Source: Hyphochytrium catenoides
Taxonomy: Eukaryota; Protista; Hyphochytriomycota
Length of the DNA: 64,000 bases
Assembly (NCBI GenBank): GCA_900088475.1
Contig: FLMG01000261.1
Span: 1-64,000, forward strand
Direction of reading: 5' to 3'
The notes beneath the pieces were generated by a model. The model made no database searches. It was not told the DNA's origin and worked only from the letters and a program-made list of their open reading frames with translations. The translations under genes and the position numbers were made by a program. Shown here one piece after another: positions 50,201-62,756 of this stretch; position 1 is the stretch's first letter; every line of letters begins with the position of its first letter.

Positions 50201-53200
50201 CCTCAAGGATATTCCCCTCTGAGGCGGACAGGATGTGAAGAATCTAGAGGGGGAAGTGAGACGGGAGGAGATTGCACTGTCAGATAGAGAAACTGTTCGC
50301 CGCGCGAGTGGAACGAAGAGCGACTATCAGGAAAGGCCACAGGGACAGGAGAGAGCGAGACGGCAAGTCATCGCGCAGCTGGTTAGGGGTAGACAACACA
50401 ACTCAATAGCTTTTAAGAGTTTAAGAGGAGGGCCATCTACAGTCCAGAATATGGCTTTCGGGCTTACCTTGTCCTCAATCTCCTTCAGCAACCGCTTGTT
50501 CTCTGCTCCCTCTAATATTAGCTTATTTTTCTGTTCCTCTAAGTCTGGCCGCTCCTGAGCTACTACGATACCAAGGAGTTGGTCTTCAAGTCCTTCAGGG
50601 GTGATCATGAAGTTAAGCAGTGTGACCTTGACCGAAACTTCGGGCAAGTAGTGAGGGTTGCGTAGCTTGGTGGTGATGTAGAACCGAAAACTCTCAGAAT
50701 ACTCCACCGTAGCATCTCCCAGCCTAATACACTCAACTCCACCCTGCTTAAAGGTTTGCTTCAGCAGAAGAGGCTCAATGGAAGGATCCAGCTCTTCTCC
50801 AACGTTCTCCAGAAGGACTGGATAGCCAAATGGTAAAGCGTTTTCTATTGTACGTAGATAATCATTGTCCGTCAGCTTGACGACCTCCAACCGGTTGTTT
50901 TTCTCCATGTTGCGTATCCACTTGTTAGCTTGACCCTGGGGGTCAATCATTAAAGGCCAACGCCTGGCATTGAAGACGATAATGCCATTATCTACACTGA
51001 ATCCATCCGTGGGAAGGCCATCTATGTTCCACTGACGGATCTGGACTGGTTCCCCTAAGGTGCTTGTCAAAGAAGGCGAGCGAGAGAGAGGAAGGTTTCT
51101 AGTACGGCAGAATTGGACCCAATCCTGCAAGCCTATGTCTCTAAAGACGGAAGTGAAGGGACCGAGATAGGCCACTACTCCAGCAGAGATGAGAACATCA
51201 CCAGTGAGATTGTTCAATTGTTCGTTGAGTTCATCAGCAAACTGCTTCCATCTGCTTTTTTCTCCGCCTAGACTTTCTATGAGAGTAGAGGCGCGGGTCA
51301 ACTTCTTTCCGCAGAGATCTACCTGACGTTGTAAATCTGCTTTCTTATCGCTCGCCTCCTGCAGCTGACGCTGAAGACCTGCCATATCATCCTCGACGGC
51401 TTGAAGCTCCAGCTGTTTGCCTCTGAGCGCTGTCATTGTTGTCTCTAGTTGACCCTCCGCAATATGGAGCGCTTCCCTCTTCGGCGCTACCTCCTTAGCC
51501 ACTCTCTCATAGGTTTCCATTGCAAAGACCCACTTTGCCAGCCCGGCAGCAGCCTTGGAAGCTTTTTGTGCCTTTTCTATGGTGAAATTCTCGTTTGTGA
51601 GGTACTTTGTCCTTATTTCCTTCATAATCTTGTCCGGAATATTGTCCTTGTCGTAGGTACGGAGCTGATTCAAAAAGGTTACATCAGAGAGCATCTTCTG
51701 AGATGGGCCCCAGTAGTCCATGATACGACGACTGGGGTCTGCAGGATCAGGGATTCTGGCAGGTTTTATGTCTAGCATAACGCACACTGCCTCACAGACA
51801 AGCTTCACGCCAGCTGGAGGCTTGGTGAGGACCTTCACCTCGTTGATATCCTGTGGTTTAATAGTATCAAGAGCAGCAATGGCCTCCTCCAAGGCTGGCA
51901 AGGCCAGTGAGAGATCTGCCTCGACGCTCGCCTTAGCAGCGGCACACTTGTCCGCTTCTGCCTGAGCCACAGCAGCATCGGCCTGCACCTCAGCTCTCTT
52001 CTTCTCCACCCCAGGAACTTTGCTCTGTATGACATTCATCAGCTCGTCGGTCTCCTTTTGGGACTGGGCCAGAACTGGTTGAAGGTCCTCCAACTCTTTC
52101 TGCATGACGGAAACGTTCTTCTCGGCAAAGTCCAGCTTCTCCAAACCAACTTCATACCGTTTCTTCTTACCCAACACGTCCTTTCTTCGTTTGTCAAGCG
52201 CCGATTTGTAGCTAACAATAAGCTCTAGGTAAGAGGTCGGTGTGACATAATTTTGCCGTCTTAGCTGTCTAAGATAGTCACTTGATAGCCTAATGACAGA
52301 CTGGTGGAAGTACTGGCAGGTAGCGATGATTTCGTCCCTTAGTTCTTCCTTTTCAATCACTACATCTGCAAGGAACTTCTTCGCCACTGCTACCAGCGCA
52401 TCGTTTGGCCAGGCAGTGAACCAATTGATGGTGCAGCAATTGATAAGAGAAGGAAATTTCCGCAAGCGGTCCCTGAAGGCATCGCCGATTGGAGAGAAGG
52501 CCAGAGCAACATGCAGGTTGTCTCTAATGCGACTGATGTAGAAGCTGTACAGCTGCTCCGGGGTCATATCTTGGGCAGCTTTACCCATGACATTCCTAGC
52601 ATGAGGACGTACTGCTTCGCAGATGGCAACCTTCTCGTCGTACGGAAAGATATTAGGAACCTCTCCCGCGTTGAGCACGTTATTGATATCTTCAACAAAG
52701 CCTTCGTTCTTGATCTGGGTGTCACTGAACAGGAAGACGAGAGGCTTATCACCTGTCCCTGCTGTTTTTAGGATGGTTTTGAGATCCTCCCTCCATTCTG
52801 CCTGGCCATAATTCTTCGAAATCTCGATCTGGAAGACCTGATAGTCCATCATGAAGGCTGCCAGTCTCGTCAAGCTCTGCCTTCCGCTGCCCCCGACGCC
52901 TACGAGGAGCATGTTCCCTCCTGGCATTTTCAGTACGCGTGCAATGCGGGAGATATGCTCCACGGCGAACAAGAAGACGACTAGATTCATGGGCTTCCGA
53001 CTCTGAGCGTTGAAATCTCCTAGGTAGCGCTCCATACACGCGATAAGCTTCTGTAGGCCATTTGAAGTTGGGGTCACAGTGACATCTACCTCTTGATATA
53101 GCTTCGGGTTGGCTTCAGGATTAATGTAATCTCCGAAGAATAAGTTGCGCATGTCATCTACCGAGACCTCACCTTCCGCATGTCCCATTTTCAAATGTTT

Positions 53201-56200
53201 GAACAGAGGGTCGAACTGGGTGCCAAAGTGACTGGTTGCCATCTCCTTGAGTAAACTTAGGAACCAACTTCTATCCTGGTCATCAATGAGCCTGTCACCA
53301 AAGACGCGCAGCGTCTCATGAACCCACAGTCTTATGAATACGTTCTCAGTCAGTTGCTCACTCGGCTTGACGAGAAGCATTCCCTGAATTACCCTGGAAA
53401 AGTCTCGAAGATTAAAAGTGTAATGGCTCTTCTTAGGTGTTGGCAACAGGGACCGCACAGAAGAGCGGTAGACTTCTAAGGTGGCAGACACTACTGCTTC
53501 TGTCTGCTTCTGAATGTTATGGCTGAAGTTGTTGGAGCTCAGGTAGGAAGCTACTATCGTGGTAAAGATCCTTTTCAACGTGGAGTCATCGAACTCTGTG
53601 AAACAGAGAACGTTGAAGTGACGCACCAGTCGTGGCGTAATATTGTTTCTTCCACCTCCGGGTGGCCCCATAGCGGTCACCAACGTTGTGTCCACGATGG
53701 TTCTCCACGTTTTGTCCTTAAGGTCGTACCAACCGCCGTTGTCAACCAGCTGGCGAAGAAGTTCAATGGGTGGCTGAGCGCCATAGGTTTCCACCAGAGG
53801 CATATTTAAGTCATCTACAAAGATCACCGCATTTCGACCCACGGGTGGTCCGTAGACGCCTTTACGCCGCTTGTCTAGTTTGCCATCTATAATATCTTGA
53901 GTCATGTTGGCAGAGGTCTTGGCAGAAAAAGCTAAGTTGATATAAGCGTACTTCTCACGTGGGAAGCGCTCAGTGATGGTACGATGCATATAGCAGGACT
54001 TTCCTGTGCCCGTGGGCCCACACACCAAAATTCGCCGCTGCTGAGTAACGAGAAGCTGGACCATGTGCTCAAACTGCGCGGTGTATACGGTTGGGACCAC
54101 AATACTATTGTATGGAGTACCAGCAGGAATCTCAATTGGCGCTAGAACTTCTTCCCAGCTCCTCCACCTTCCATCCGTCGTTGCATATAAGTAGTCGTAG
54201 ATTGAACCACGGAGAGGTACAGGATTTGCAAAGACGTGGCTCTTCTTCCCGTCATCAAAGCTCGGCTTCTTCCACCTCCGTACTTGTAAAGCGCGATCTA
54301 CCGCATCATACTCCCTTGAGATTACGCCAACATCTTCAACAATCTGCCTTAGGAATCTGTTGAACTTATCTCTACCGTCAGCGTTAGTAGTGATGCCGAT
54401 GGACCAGACAAGACCAAAGAAGAAGCAATTCTCCACTAGCTCAACGCTGTCAACTTGTTTCGCTCCTGCCGGAGCTTTGCCCTCATTACCCAGCTTTTCA
54501 TTCAACAGGCATTCCATGATATTGATGAGACTAACCACTAAGCTTGTATCCACAGTCGGTATTAGCTCTGTGAGCTCCTTGCGGAGAAAGGCAATGCAGG
54601 GTTCCACAAGCCAATCGAACAGAAGGACAACGAGCTTTCCATCCGCTTTTGAGAGAGAGAATTTTTGCTTGTTTTCAAAAGAGACTCCCTCTCCATCCTT
54701 CTTTGAGTTGGCAAGGTTGTTTCCTTCTGTCTGTGTGCCTCCTGCACCTTTAGTTTCATTGACAAACCTTTCTAGCCATGAGTCTAGAACGGGCCGCCAT
54801 CCTAGCCTTTCCGGTTCCATATATATCATGCCGCAACGCGACACAGTAGCTGGAGATGCTGCCAATAGATCCATAGGCTCAAAGATCATACTCATCACGG
54901 AAGACATGGCAATAATCTCCCCGCTCATCAAGCAGAGCTTTCTGTTGTCGTCAAGCACAGTGTTCATGTTCTCAATCCAGATCGCATCGACGGGGCCGTC
55001 AAACATCACCCACTTCCTGGCTGCTTCAGGATATCCCTTGTTCATTGCAAGATTTCTATAATTGATTGCCAAAACACCGTCCGTCCACTCGTGGCTTACA
55101 GGGTCAAATTGGCCATAAAGCTGACCCATGGTAATGGATTTCGGATTCATGACCACGGGTATCACGTCAGACCACCGACTGTCGCTTGGGAACTCCGCGT
55201 GGAGCTTCCCCAAAGTGTCAGCCAAGACACGCCATGCTGATGTCTTTCCTGAAAAGGGCATCCCGACAACCATGAAGCCGTGGCGCACTATCATCATCTC
55301 GTAAACTTGAATCACCTAACAATTGGGGTAAGTACGCAGTCGGCTAAGTGCAATGTTACGAAGAAGGGGTAAAGTGCTTAAACCTAAGGAAATCTAGCGT
55401 GAGAAAGTGCAAACGTCTAGACCTCGAAAGTCAGCATATCCACAATGAAGCTATTAACAGAGTAACATCCAAATTCCTGATAGCCCGGCAGGCAGTATTG
55501 CGAAAGATGCATCGTTCATTCCCCGGTATCGGGGCTTAGCCAAGGGGTAATGCAGTTCGGGTGGACGTCTCAAATGAAGAAAGAGAAGGAAAGCAGCGCG
55601 GAAAATCCGTGAGACGACAAATCTACCCATTCACACTTACCTTTTCGATGAAGTTATCCACTGGTTGGAGGTTCCTTTCTTTGCAGACCTGCTTCATTGC
55701 CGCAGTCATGTTCGTGCGGTCTGGAGGTGTGACGGTCACTCCAGGAAAGAGATCAGATACAATGCCATGGAAAAGAGGAACATCTGGGGAAAGAAACTTA
55801 GGTAGGTTGACGTCTACGATCGACCGCAGGACTAACACGTCCTCAGGGAGATGTCCCTCTGATCTCTTCAAATTGCCTGAAGCCCTTAATACAGCCATGA
55901 CAGCCCTCATGCCGTAGTCATAGTGTGACTGGGAAGACAGCTGCTCGGAGCAAAGGGTGTAGGTAGTGGTGATCTTCTTCGCTAAAGAATTCGCATCCTT
56001 GTACCCATACGAGTAAAGCATGATCTCTGCTATCATGGCGTAGTCTGGAACCATCATTGCCACTGTGCGGAACAATGCTTTAAGGTTGTCGGGAAGCTCT
56101 GCTCTACCGGCATAGCCAGGGTTCATTGTGATAAACGGGCAGCAAGTCTGCTTAAGATTCAACTCCGTTCCTTCAAAGACAAATCTCTTCAAACCCTGCG

Positions 56201-59200
56201 CCTTAGCAATCTGAATGCAGAGTATTTGCTGCGCGATAACAGATAAAACCTCTAGCTGAATGCGGTTGAACTCATCAAAACAAGCCCAGGCACCTGAAGA
56301 TGCAAGACCCTTGAAGAACTTTCCCATCGCAATGTAGTCCAGCCCATCCGAGCAATTGGTCACAACGCATTGTATAGCAATAGCTTTGGCCAAATCCTTG
56401 GTAGTTTCAGTTTTCCCTGTTCCTGCTGGACCCTCGGGCGCTCCTCCAAGGTTCAGGTGGATGGCGCCCATTAAAGTCCGATAACAGCGGTCCGTAAGGG
56501 GTGTAATCACCAACCTCATGCTGTTGCCTAAGTACTCGTATGCGTAAAGGGCCAAAGCGTTGATCATTCGACATTCTAAAGTGCCTGGCGCTCCACTACT
56601 GGCGGAAATCCCATCCTGCTTCCAGTAGTATCGAAGCTGAGCTAGCCAGTCGAATTCCGTGCGATCTGAAACGCCAAGCTTTTGCAACTCTTCCACGGTG
56701 TCTCGGTTGTGAACATCCATTACTACGAGTGCACCTAGCGTTTGCCTGGTTAGCTTGGAGATATCCTGTCGAACCAGCTCCACCGTCTGAAGTAGCTCAC
56801 TTCTCAGCTTGTCCAAAAGTGTAATGATGCCCTGCTTTCCTCCTGCCGCTAGGGCATTCTCTACTTGGTGGGTCCACATTGTCTGGTTGACAGCCAGTAC
56901 CACCTGGCCCGGCCATTCACATACCCATTTAAGCCGTGGCTGCTGAGCGTAATCTACCATAGCAGAGTCCAGATGGTAGGCGGTGGACTTTCTCATAGTA
57001 GTTTCCACTTCAAGGAGCCAGTATTCTACATTTCCACCAGAATCCTTAGGGTTAATTTGCTTCTGATTGATCTTGTCGTAAGGAAACTTAACAGTCTCAC
57101 CCTGTTAATGATGGAAAGCAGTCGGTTGAGATATGCACAACAAGGAAGTTCAAATAATAAGGCCAGACGAAGGGGTACCATGCATTTGTACGAGACAAGA
57201 AGACTCTGTCATGGAAGAAGACCAGCACTACGGCGCCGGTAAGGAGAGGAGATCCATTGCACTTCAGATACTGCTATTGTACCTACCTCAGCACTAATCA
57301 TAGCCGATATATCAAGGTTCGGCTGAAACTCCAGCAAGTTGATCCCATCGAAGCATTTCTTCAAATGTGGCTGGACTCTGAGTGGATCCTTAGTTTCCGC
57401 CAGAATTTCGAGCAATTCATCGTTCGAAAGGAAGAAGAATCGTGGGAACGCTAATCTCTTGGTTTCCAGATAGTCATTCAAGCCTTTTTGAATAAGCTCC
57501 AAGTCCGCATTTGCCTTTATTAGGTTCTCAAGAAGCCCACTTCCGGAACGTCTGGCCACCGACAGCGCTGAAGGATCTTGAGCAGTCTCTCCCATACTTT
57601 TTCTCCATATTGCATCCACTTGCTTGAAGAGCTCGCCCTCTCTTGGCATCTGCTTCATAATGTCATCAGAACCAAAAATTGGTTCCAAATACAGCCAAGT
57701 AGACTGGACTTTGAGCCAGTTGTCCAAAGTGTCCTGAAGGAGCACCAGGATCTTCTCCCAAGCGGTCACTCTTTCCAGATATGGCCTGATATACCGACTG
57801 CCTCTCATAGCTTGCGTCTTAACTATATGGTCATCCAGGAGCTGCTGAATCTCATCCACAGCTGTTAGAATGTATGTGCCCGTATTCCTGTAGGCTTTTG
57901 TGGCAAACATGACATCCTTCCACTCTACCTCCATTTTATCCATTGCTTTTTCGAGTCCGAACTCCTTCTGCCCCGCCACGCAGACCTCTTCTATTTGAGA
58001 TGTAAACTTATTGAGGCCAATGCTAACGAGGTAGTCCACGTTAATCGTCTCAGTGTAGTCTATCGTGAGGCCTGTAATGCGGGAAATCTCATCCCAATGG
58101 CGGGGCCTGAGGCCAGGATTGCAGACCAGGGTCATTAAAGGTAGATGCTCTTTGAGAAGTGTGTTATTGACCTCAAGAATGGACGTAGCAGCTTGTAGAG
58201 GTATCGCATAATGCTCCCCCATCCTCTCAAGGTCCTTAATGATCTTCAGCATGGTTCGTCTGAAATTATCCGCATCTCTTTCTGCACTCTCGGCATCAAC
58301 AGAAGTCAGAGGATCATGGTACCAATGGTAGGACTTTGTCAGATACTCGCTCACTGCTGTCCAGAGACGTTCAATGGGGGACAGCTGTTCTCTGATCTGC
58401 TTGATCCTTTCAGAATAGTCCGTTGTTGGGATATGCAGCAGCAACTCCTGTGTGTTGATACTCTCTGCTTCCGTTTGAGCGTCCGCCAAAGATCGCCTGA
58501 AGCCTTCGATCTTTGTGATCGTCGCAGTGACATCGTTGACATTCAGGGACCCAAAGTCAATCAGCTTCTCCAATTTCCTTGAAATGCCGTTGAGTTCAGT
58601 CACTAACGTCTCCCTTCGGCCATCGACGACCATCTCTAGCTCCTTCTTCCTCTTAGCTTGTACTTCGAAGCACTTCTGCTGATAGGTCTTCACGTTCTCC
58701 GGCCAGTTAATAGCCACAGTAAAGAGCTGGATCTCTTCTCTAGAACAGCGATACTTATTGTCCAACAGAAACTTCACTCTGAGGCATATCTCGTTGGAAA
58801 GCTGGATTCGGAGGTCTTGAAGGAGCTTCTCACTCTCTTTGGCATACTCCTCGAAAACCTTCAGCTCATTTGAGTCTAACGGCTCAGAAATAAGTTTCTC
58901 CACTATTTGCTCGTAGCTAGCACATAATTGGCTCATATGCACTTTGTTATCCATCGCAACAGTCTCTAATATCCGGTGGATAAGATCCTCAGCCTTCTCT
59001 GCATAAGCCTTTTTGATGTCATAGCTATGCACCGCAAACATTGGATAATAGCAGAAGTCAGGAACGGAGCTTTTGGCCTTAAGAACTGTGTCTCGAAGAC
59101 GTAGAATAACCTGGGACATCTTCTTCAAACTCTGGACCGTCTTTGCCCCTCCTTCTCGGCTGTCCAGGGCCTCTGCCACGGCCTGGTCCTCACTCCCGTC

Positions 59201-61652
59201 AATCAGGGAGGAAAAATCCACAAATGACTCTAAGAGAAGAGAAGGCCGCTCCAGGTTTTGCCTGACGGCATCATGAACCCTCTGCTTCACTTCTGTAACT
59301 AGAGTGTCAGTGGTTGACATCGTTGCGGGCCCAAGGAACTGGAACTCTTCCGGTTTATTAAGGATACTGACTAGCTCTTCCCTCAACGATGGACATGGCA
59401 ACTGATGAGAAGCCTCTACAAGAGATTCAATGCATGCATCAATTTCCTGCAGTAGTGCCTCTGGACCAGGTTCAAAAGTGGGGCGAACAGAAGTCTTCTC
59501 GGCTGTTGGGCTGAGTTTGAGGTCCAAGATAAAAGCACAGTCGCCTGACGAAAGTCGGCCATCGAATCTCTCAAAAAAGGTGGCAAACTCCTCAAGGCTT
59601 TCTTCAACCGAACCGCGAATTTGTAGCGAGAGTAAGGCTGAGGCGGACTTCAAGATACCGTACAGTTGGTCACCCGTGCGTTGTAGGGCGCTAGAAGGGA
59701 CAGGAACATGAACCTGTATATTCTCTGCTTCATAGCCTTTGTCGCTTTCGACAGGAAGACCGTCCAATGCTAGTCTTTGTCTAAGGTGCGTCTCCGGGGA
59801 GCTCTCTCTTTTCGCTGGCGACGAAGAGGTACCGGAGCCGAGCTGAACCTTGCTCAAAGATGAATACCTAACGGGTAAGCCCGGAGTGACTCCTTCGAGG
59901 GCTGGTGTGACCCCCATTCGGCCCTGTAGGGAGGTGTCTATGTGCTCCGATACCTTATTGAGCCAATGCTGAATCAAAGCGTCACGAATAGTCCGACTAT
60001 ACTGACTGATGTGTGCTTTGAATGAGGACAAACCGACTGGCAGAGACCGAGAATACTCCTCTGTTAGAAGATCCACAAACTTCAGATCGGAAACCTTTTT
60101 CACTCGAAAATCCGATGTAACACCAGAGGGAATGGGAACCGTATACCACAAGCGCTGCAGTTGATGGATCGCAGGGTCTGTCAGCCAGAGGCTTGATGCT
60201 ATAAACTGTCGGGCGGCCGAGATACTCCGTGCATCCAATCCAGTCTTCCTAAAGACCCGCCATTCTTTGACCTGATACTCAACGTTTGTCCACTCCTTAG
60301 GGCCAGCCTTTTTCAGACATTCGGGTTGAATCTTCATCTGCAGATGTTAATGAACAGCGGGAAAGAACATAAGCCTACATTACCTCATGGTAGGACAATA
60401 GCAATAAGCGCTTTGCTCACAAAGTCAATCTTTGAGTAAGACGGGACCATACGCTCACACCTACCTTCTTCGCGACCTCTTGATCACGTAATGCGTAGTC
60501 TACGACTGAGCGAGCCACAGCGACATAGTAGTCTTGGTAAACTTCTTTCAAAATTGCAGTCATGAGTCCCTTCTTGTTCGGTGACTCCAGAGCCTGGCAT
60601 CTTGATGTTTGAGAGCTAACACCTTCTAAGATCTTGTGCGCAGTGCGCTCTTCGTAGTCTTGGATAGCACCACGTTCTACTAGAGCCCTCACTTCCTTCC
60701 AGTAGTTTTTAATATCTTCCTCCCTCGCCGCAACGTCCTCCTGCAGTTTGTGCCATACATTCGCCTGTTGATTGCCTCCAGGGGAGGGATGTCCCTTCTT
60801 TGGGGATTTGGCGTAGGTAGATGTACTTCCTGGCGTGATCATATACGGTGTATCTTTAGCAGGTGATCGCTGCAAACGACGCAAGGATCTTTCATCATTC
60901 TCCGTCCGTAATATTAAGGGATCTTCTGGATAACGTCTGGTCTCACTGTTATCCTTCTGCGCCAGTTCAATTGAGTCGTTGTTTGCTGGGTGAGGGAGGT
61001 CTGAGCTGAGCGCATAGTGTGTTGTATTAGTGTGTTGATCTTCGTTCCCCCCGAATCTGATGGGAGATAGCTTCCTCGGTGAGCCCTTGGTCTTGGTCAT
61101 AGACTTGCTCGGGCTGTGATGTTCGGGGATTCCGTTGTCAAAGAGTGCGGCAACAGCCTGGATGCTGGTACCACTGGCGGTAGGTGTATAATTCCTGCCG
61201 ACTCTATCACTTGGACTATAGTATGCAGTAGGCTCGACTGTCTGGTATGCGGTAGGCAAAGGAAATGTTTTCGTGGCCACTGAAAGGTACTCAACATTAG
61301 CGGTCGCATCGACTATGTCTCGAGCAGTGCGAGGCCCAGGAGAAGGAGGTGTCGTGGGTCTAGCCTGTGGCTCTTTGCGAGTCGGACTATGGTGATCCTC
61401 TGTGCGCTCGTTATGGGAGATGATGGAGGATTTTAGAATGTTGAGCTTGTAAGCAAATGCTCCATCCTGTCTCTGTGGAGAAACGTGAGCGTGTGGTGAG
61501 TATTGCATATGTTCGCTTTGGAATATTGACGACGGCACTACCTTGTCTGCCGATCCCTGCTCACGAGACCGTATTGGCGATCGATTTTTGGGCGAGCTGT
61601 TTGATGGGGAGTCCGAGGGCTGCGACCCTGGGGCTCGTCCTCTAGACGCCAT
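47239..61652 (-). CDS. Axonemal dynein heavy chain, single-headed inner-arm type (DNAH3/7/12-like)
   Basis: [19 protein letters not shown]1 [13 protein letters not shown]2 [11 protein letters not shown]3 [11 protein letters not shown]4 GVGGSGRQS, stalk coiled coil, [31 protein letters not shown]-terminal [18 protein letters not shown]. About 7 short introns. Confidence 0.97.
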
Positions 61653-62756
61653 GATCAAGTTATCACCACTTAAGCCAAACGGGAACTACATGGAGCAAGA
61701 AGGAGTGGCAGCAACAGCCAAAGCCAAAGCAAAGCTCATCGGCCTCAGTTCTGGAAGGCTCGCGATTGCTATACTCAGCACCTACCGAGCCTTTCTGACT
61801 GACGTCTCTCGGGCTACCGTTGGCTCTCACTGCCTCAAATTTGCCTGGTGAAGCGGTGGGCACTGCAGAAGTGCCGTCTCTGAATCTCAGGGCTCACTTC
61901 TCTGGTGCCATTGAACACCAAGGCGGACTTGCCGTCTCAGGACTCCACAGCAGGCAAACCAGAGAAAGTTGTTTTGCCTTGAAAGGAAGCGCCACTTCTG
62001 TCATCGCCTGTGCCGTTTCAGTGCGCACGGTGAAGGCCTTTGGCACTCAGCCAGGGGATAACCCCGCTGGTGAGTACAACTTTTAGGGATAACCGTCGGC
62101 TACCAAAGGAAACCTTCACTAGTTGATGAAGCTTTCAATAATGTGGAAGCAATCATTCTCCGTTAGCTTCCTTCTGTATCGCACGGCCGATTGAATTATT
62201 CTCAATCCTAGTTTTCACCGAAAGCTTTGTGTTAAACTATTCTCAATAGTATCTCTCATTCTCACCAGAGGTTGCCAATAAAGCAGACATTATCTCCAAT
62301 AGGTAAGCCTCGTTAAGCCTGGTACCTTATCACACTGTAGTAGTACATGTACTGTACAGTTGTAGTGCTGATTGCTTCTGATCCATTTTTGAGCAGCATT
62401 CATTTCGGTAGCTTCTGATCATTTTCGGAGCTCGTTGGATCCGAGTCGCTCTGCATATAAGACATAAGAGAACAATCTCTCAGATCTCACTTTATCTTCT
62501 CTCTGAGATCAGCTGATCGAGCTGGACAGCACCTTCAATCTTCATCAGCGCCGAAGAGGACAAGTGAGTGAGTTGTCCAGCCATAGAGAATCGTAGTCAA
62601 AGGCAGGTCCCGAGGTTGATACGTACAGTACTTCGATGGAGTGAATAGGCTGTGTGTGTCTGACTGTAGCCTGGCGGATTTGGGATGTCTGTGGAGAAGG
62701 ACGAAGCAGACGTACTCAAACGCCACTCCTAACGGAAGAGAGAGTTGGAAGGCACG

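Noticed and set aside
47970-60337. Multiple plus-strand ORFs antisense to dynein (also antisense to malic enzyme)
   Set aside because: Shadow ORFs of long coding exons.
61628-61640. TGGGGCTCGTCC resembling a tRNA-Pro primer-binding site
   Set aside because: It lies inside dynein coding sequence with no LTR; a chance match.
62268-62290. X-box-like GTTGCC motif upstream of a ciliary gene
   Set aside because: The second half-site is missing and RFX regulation is not expected in this lineage.
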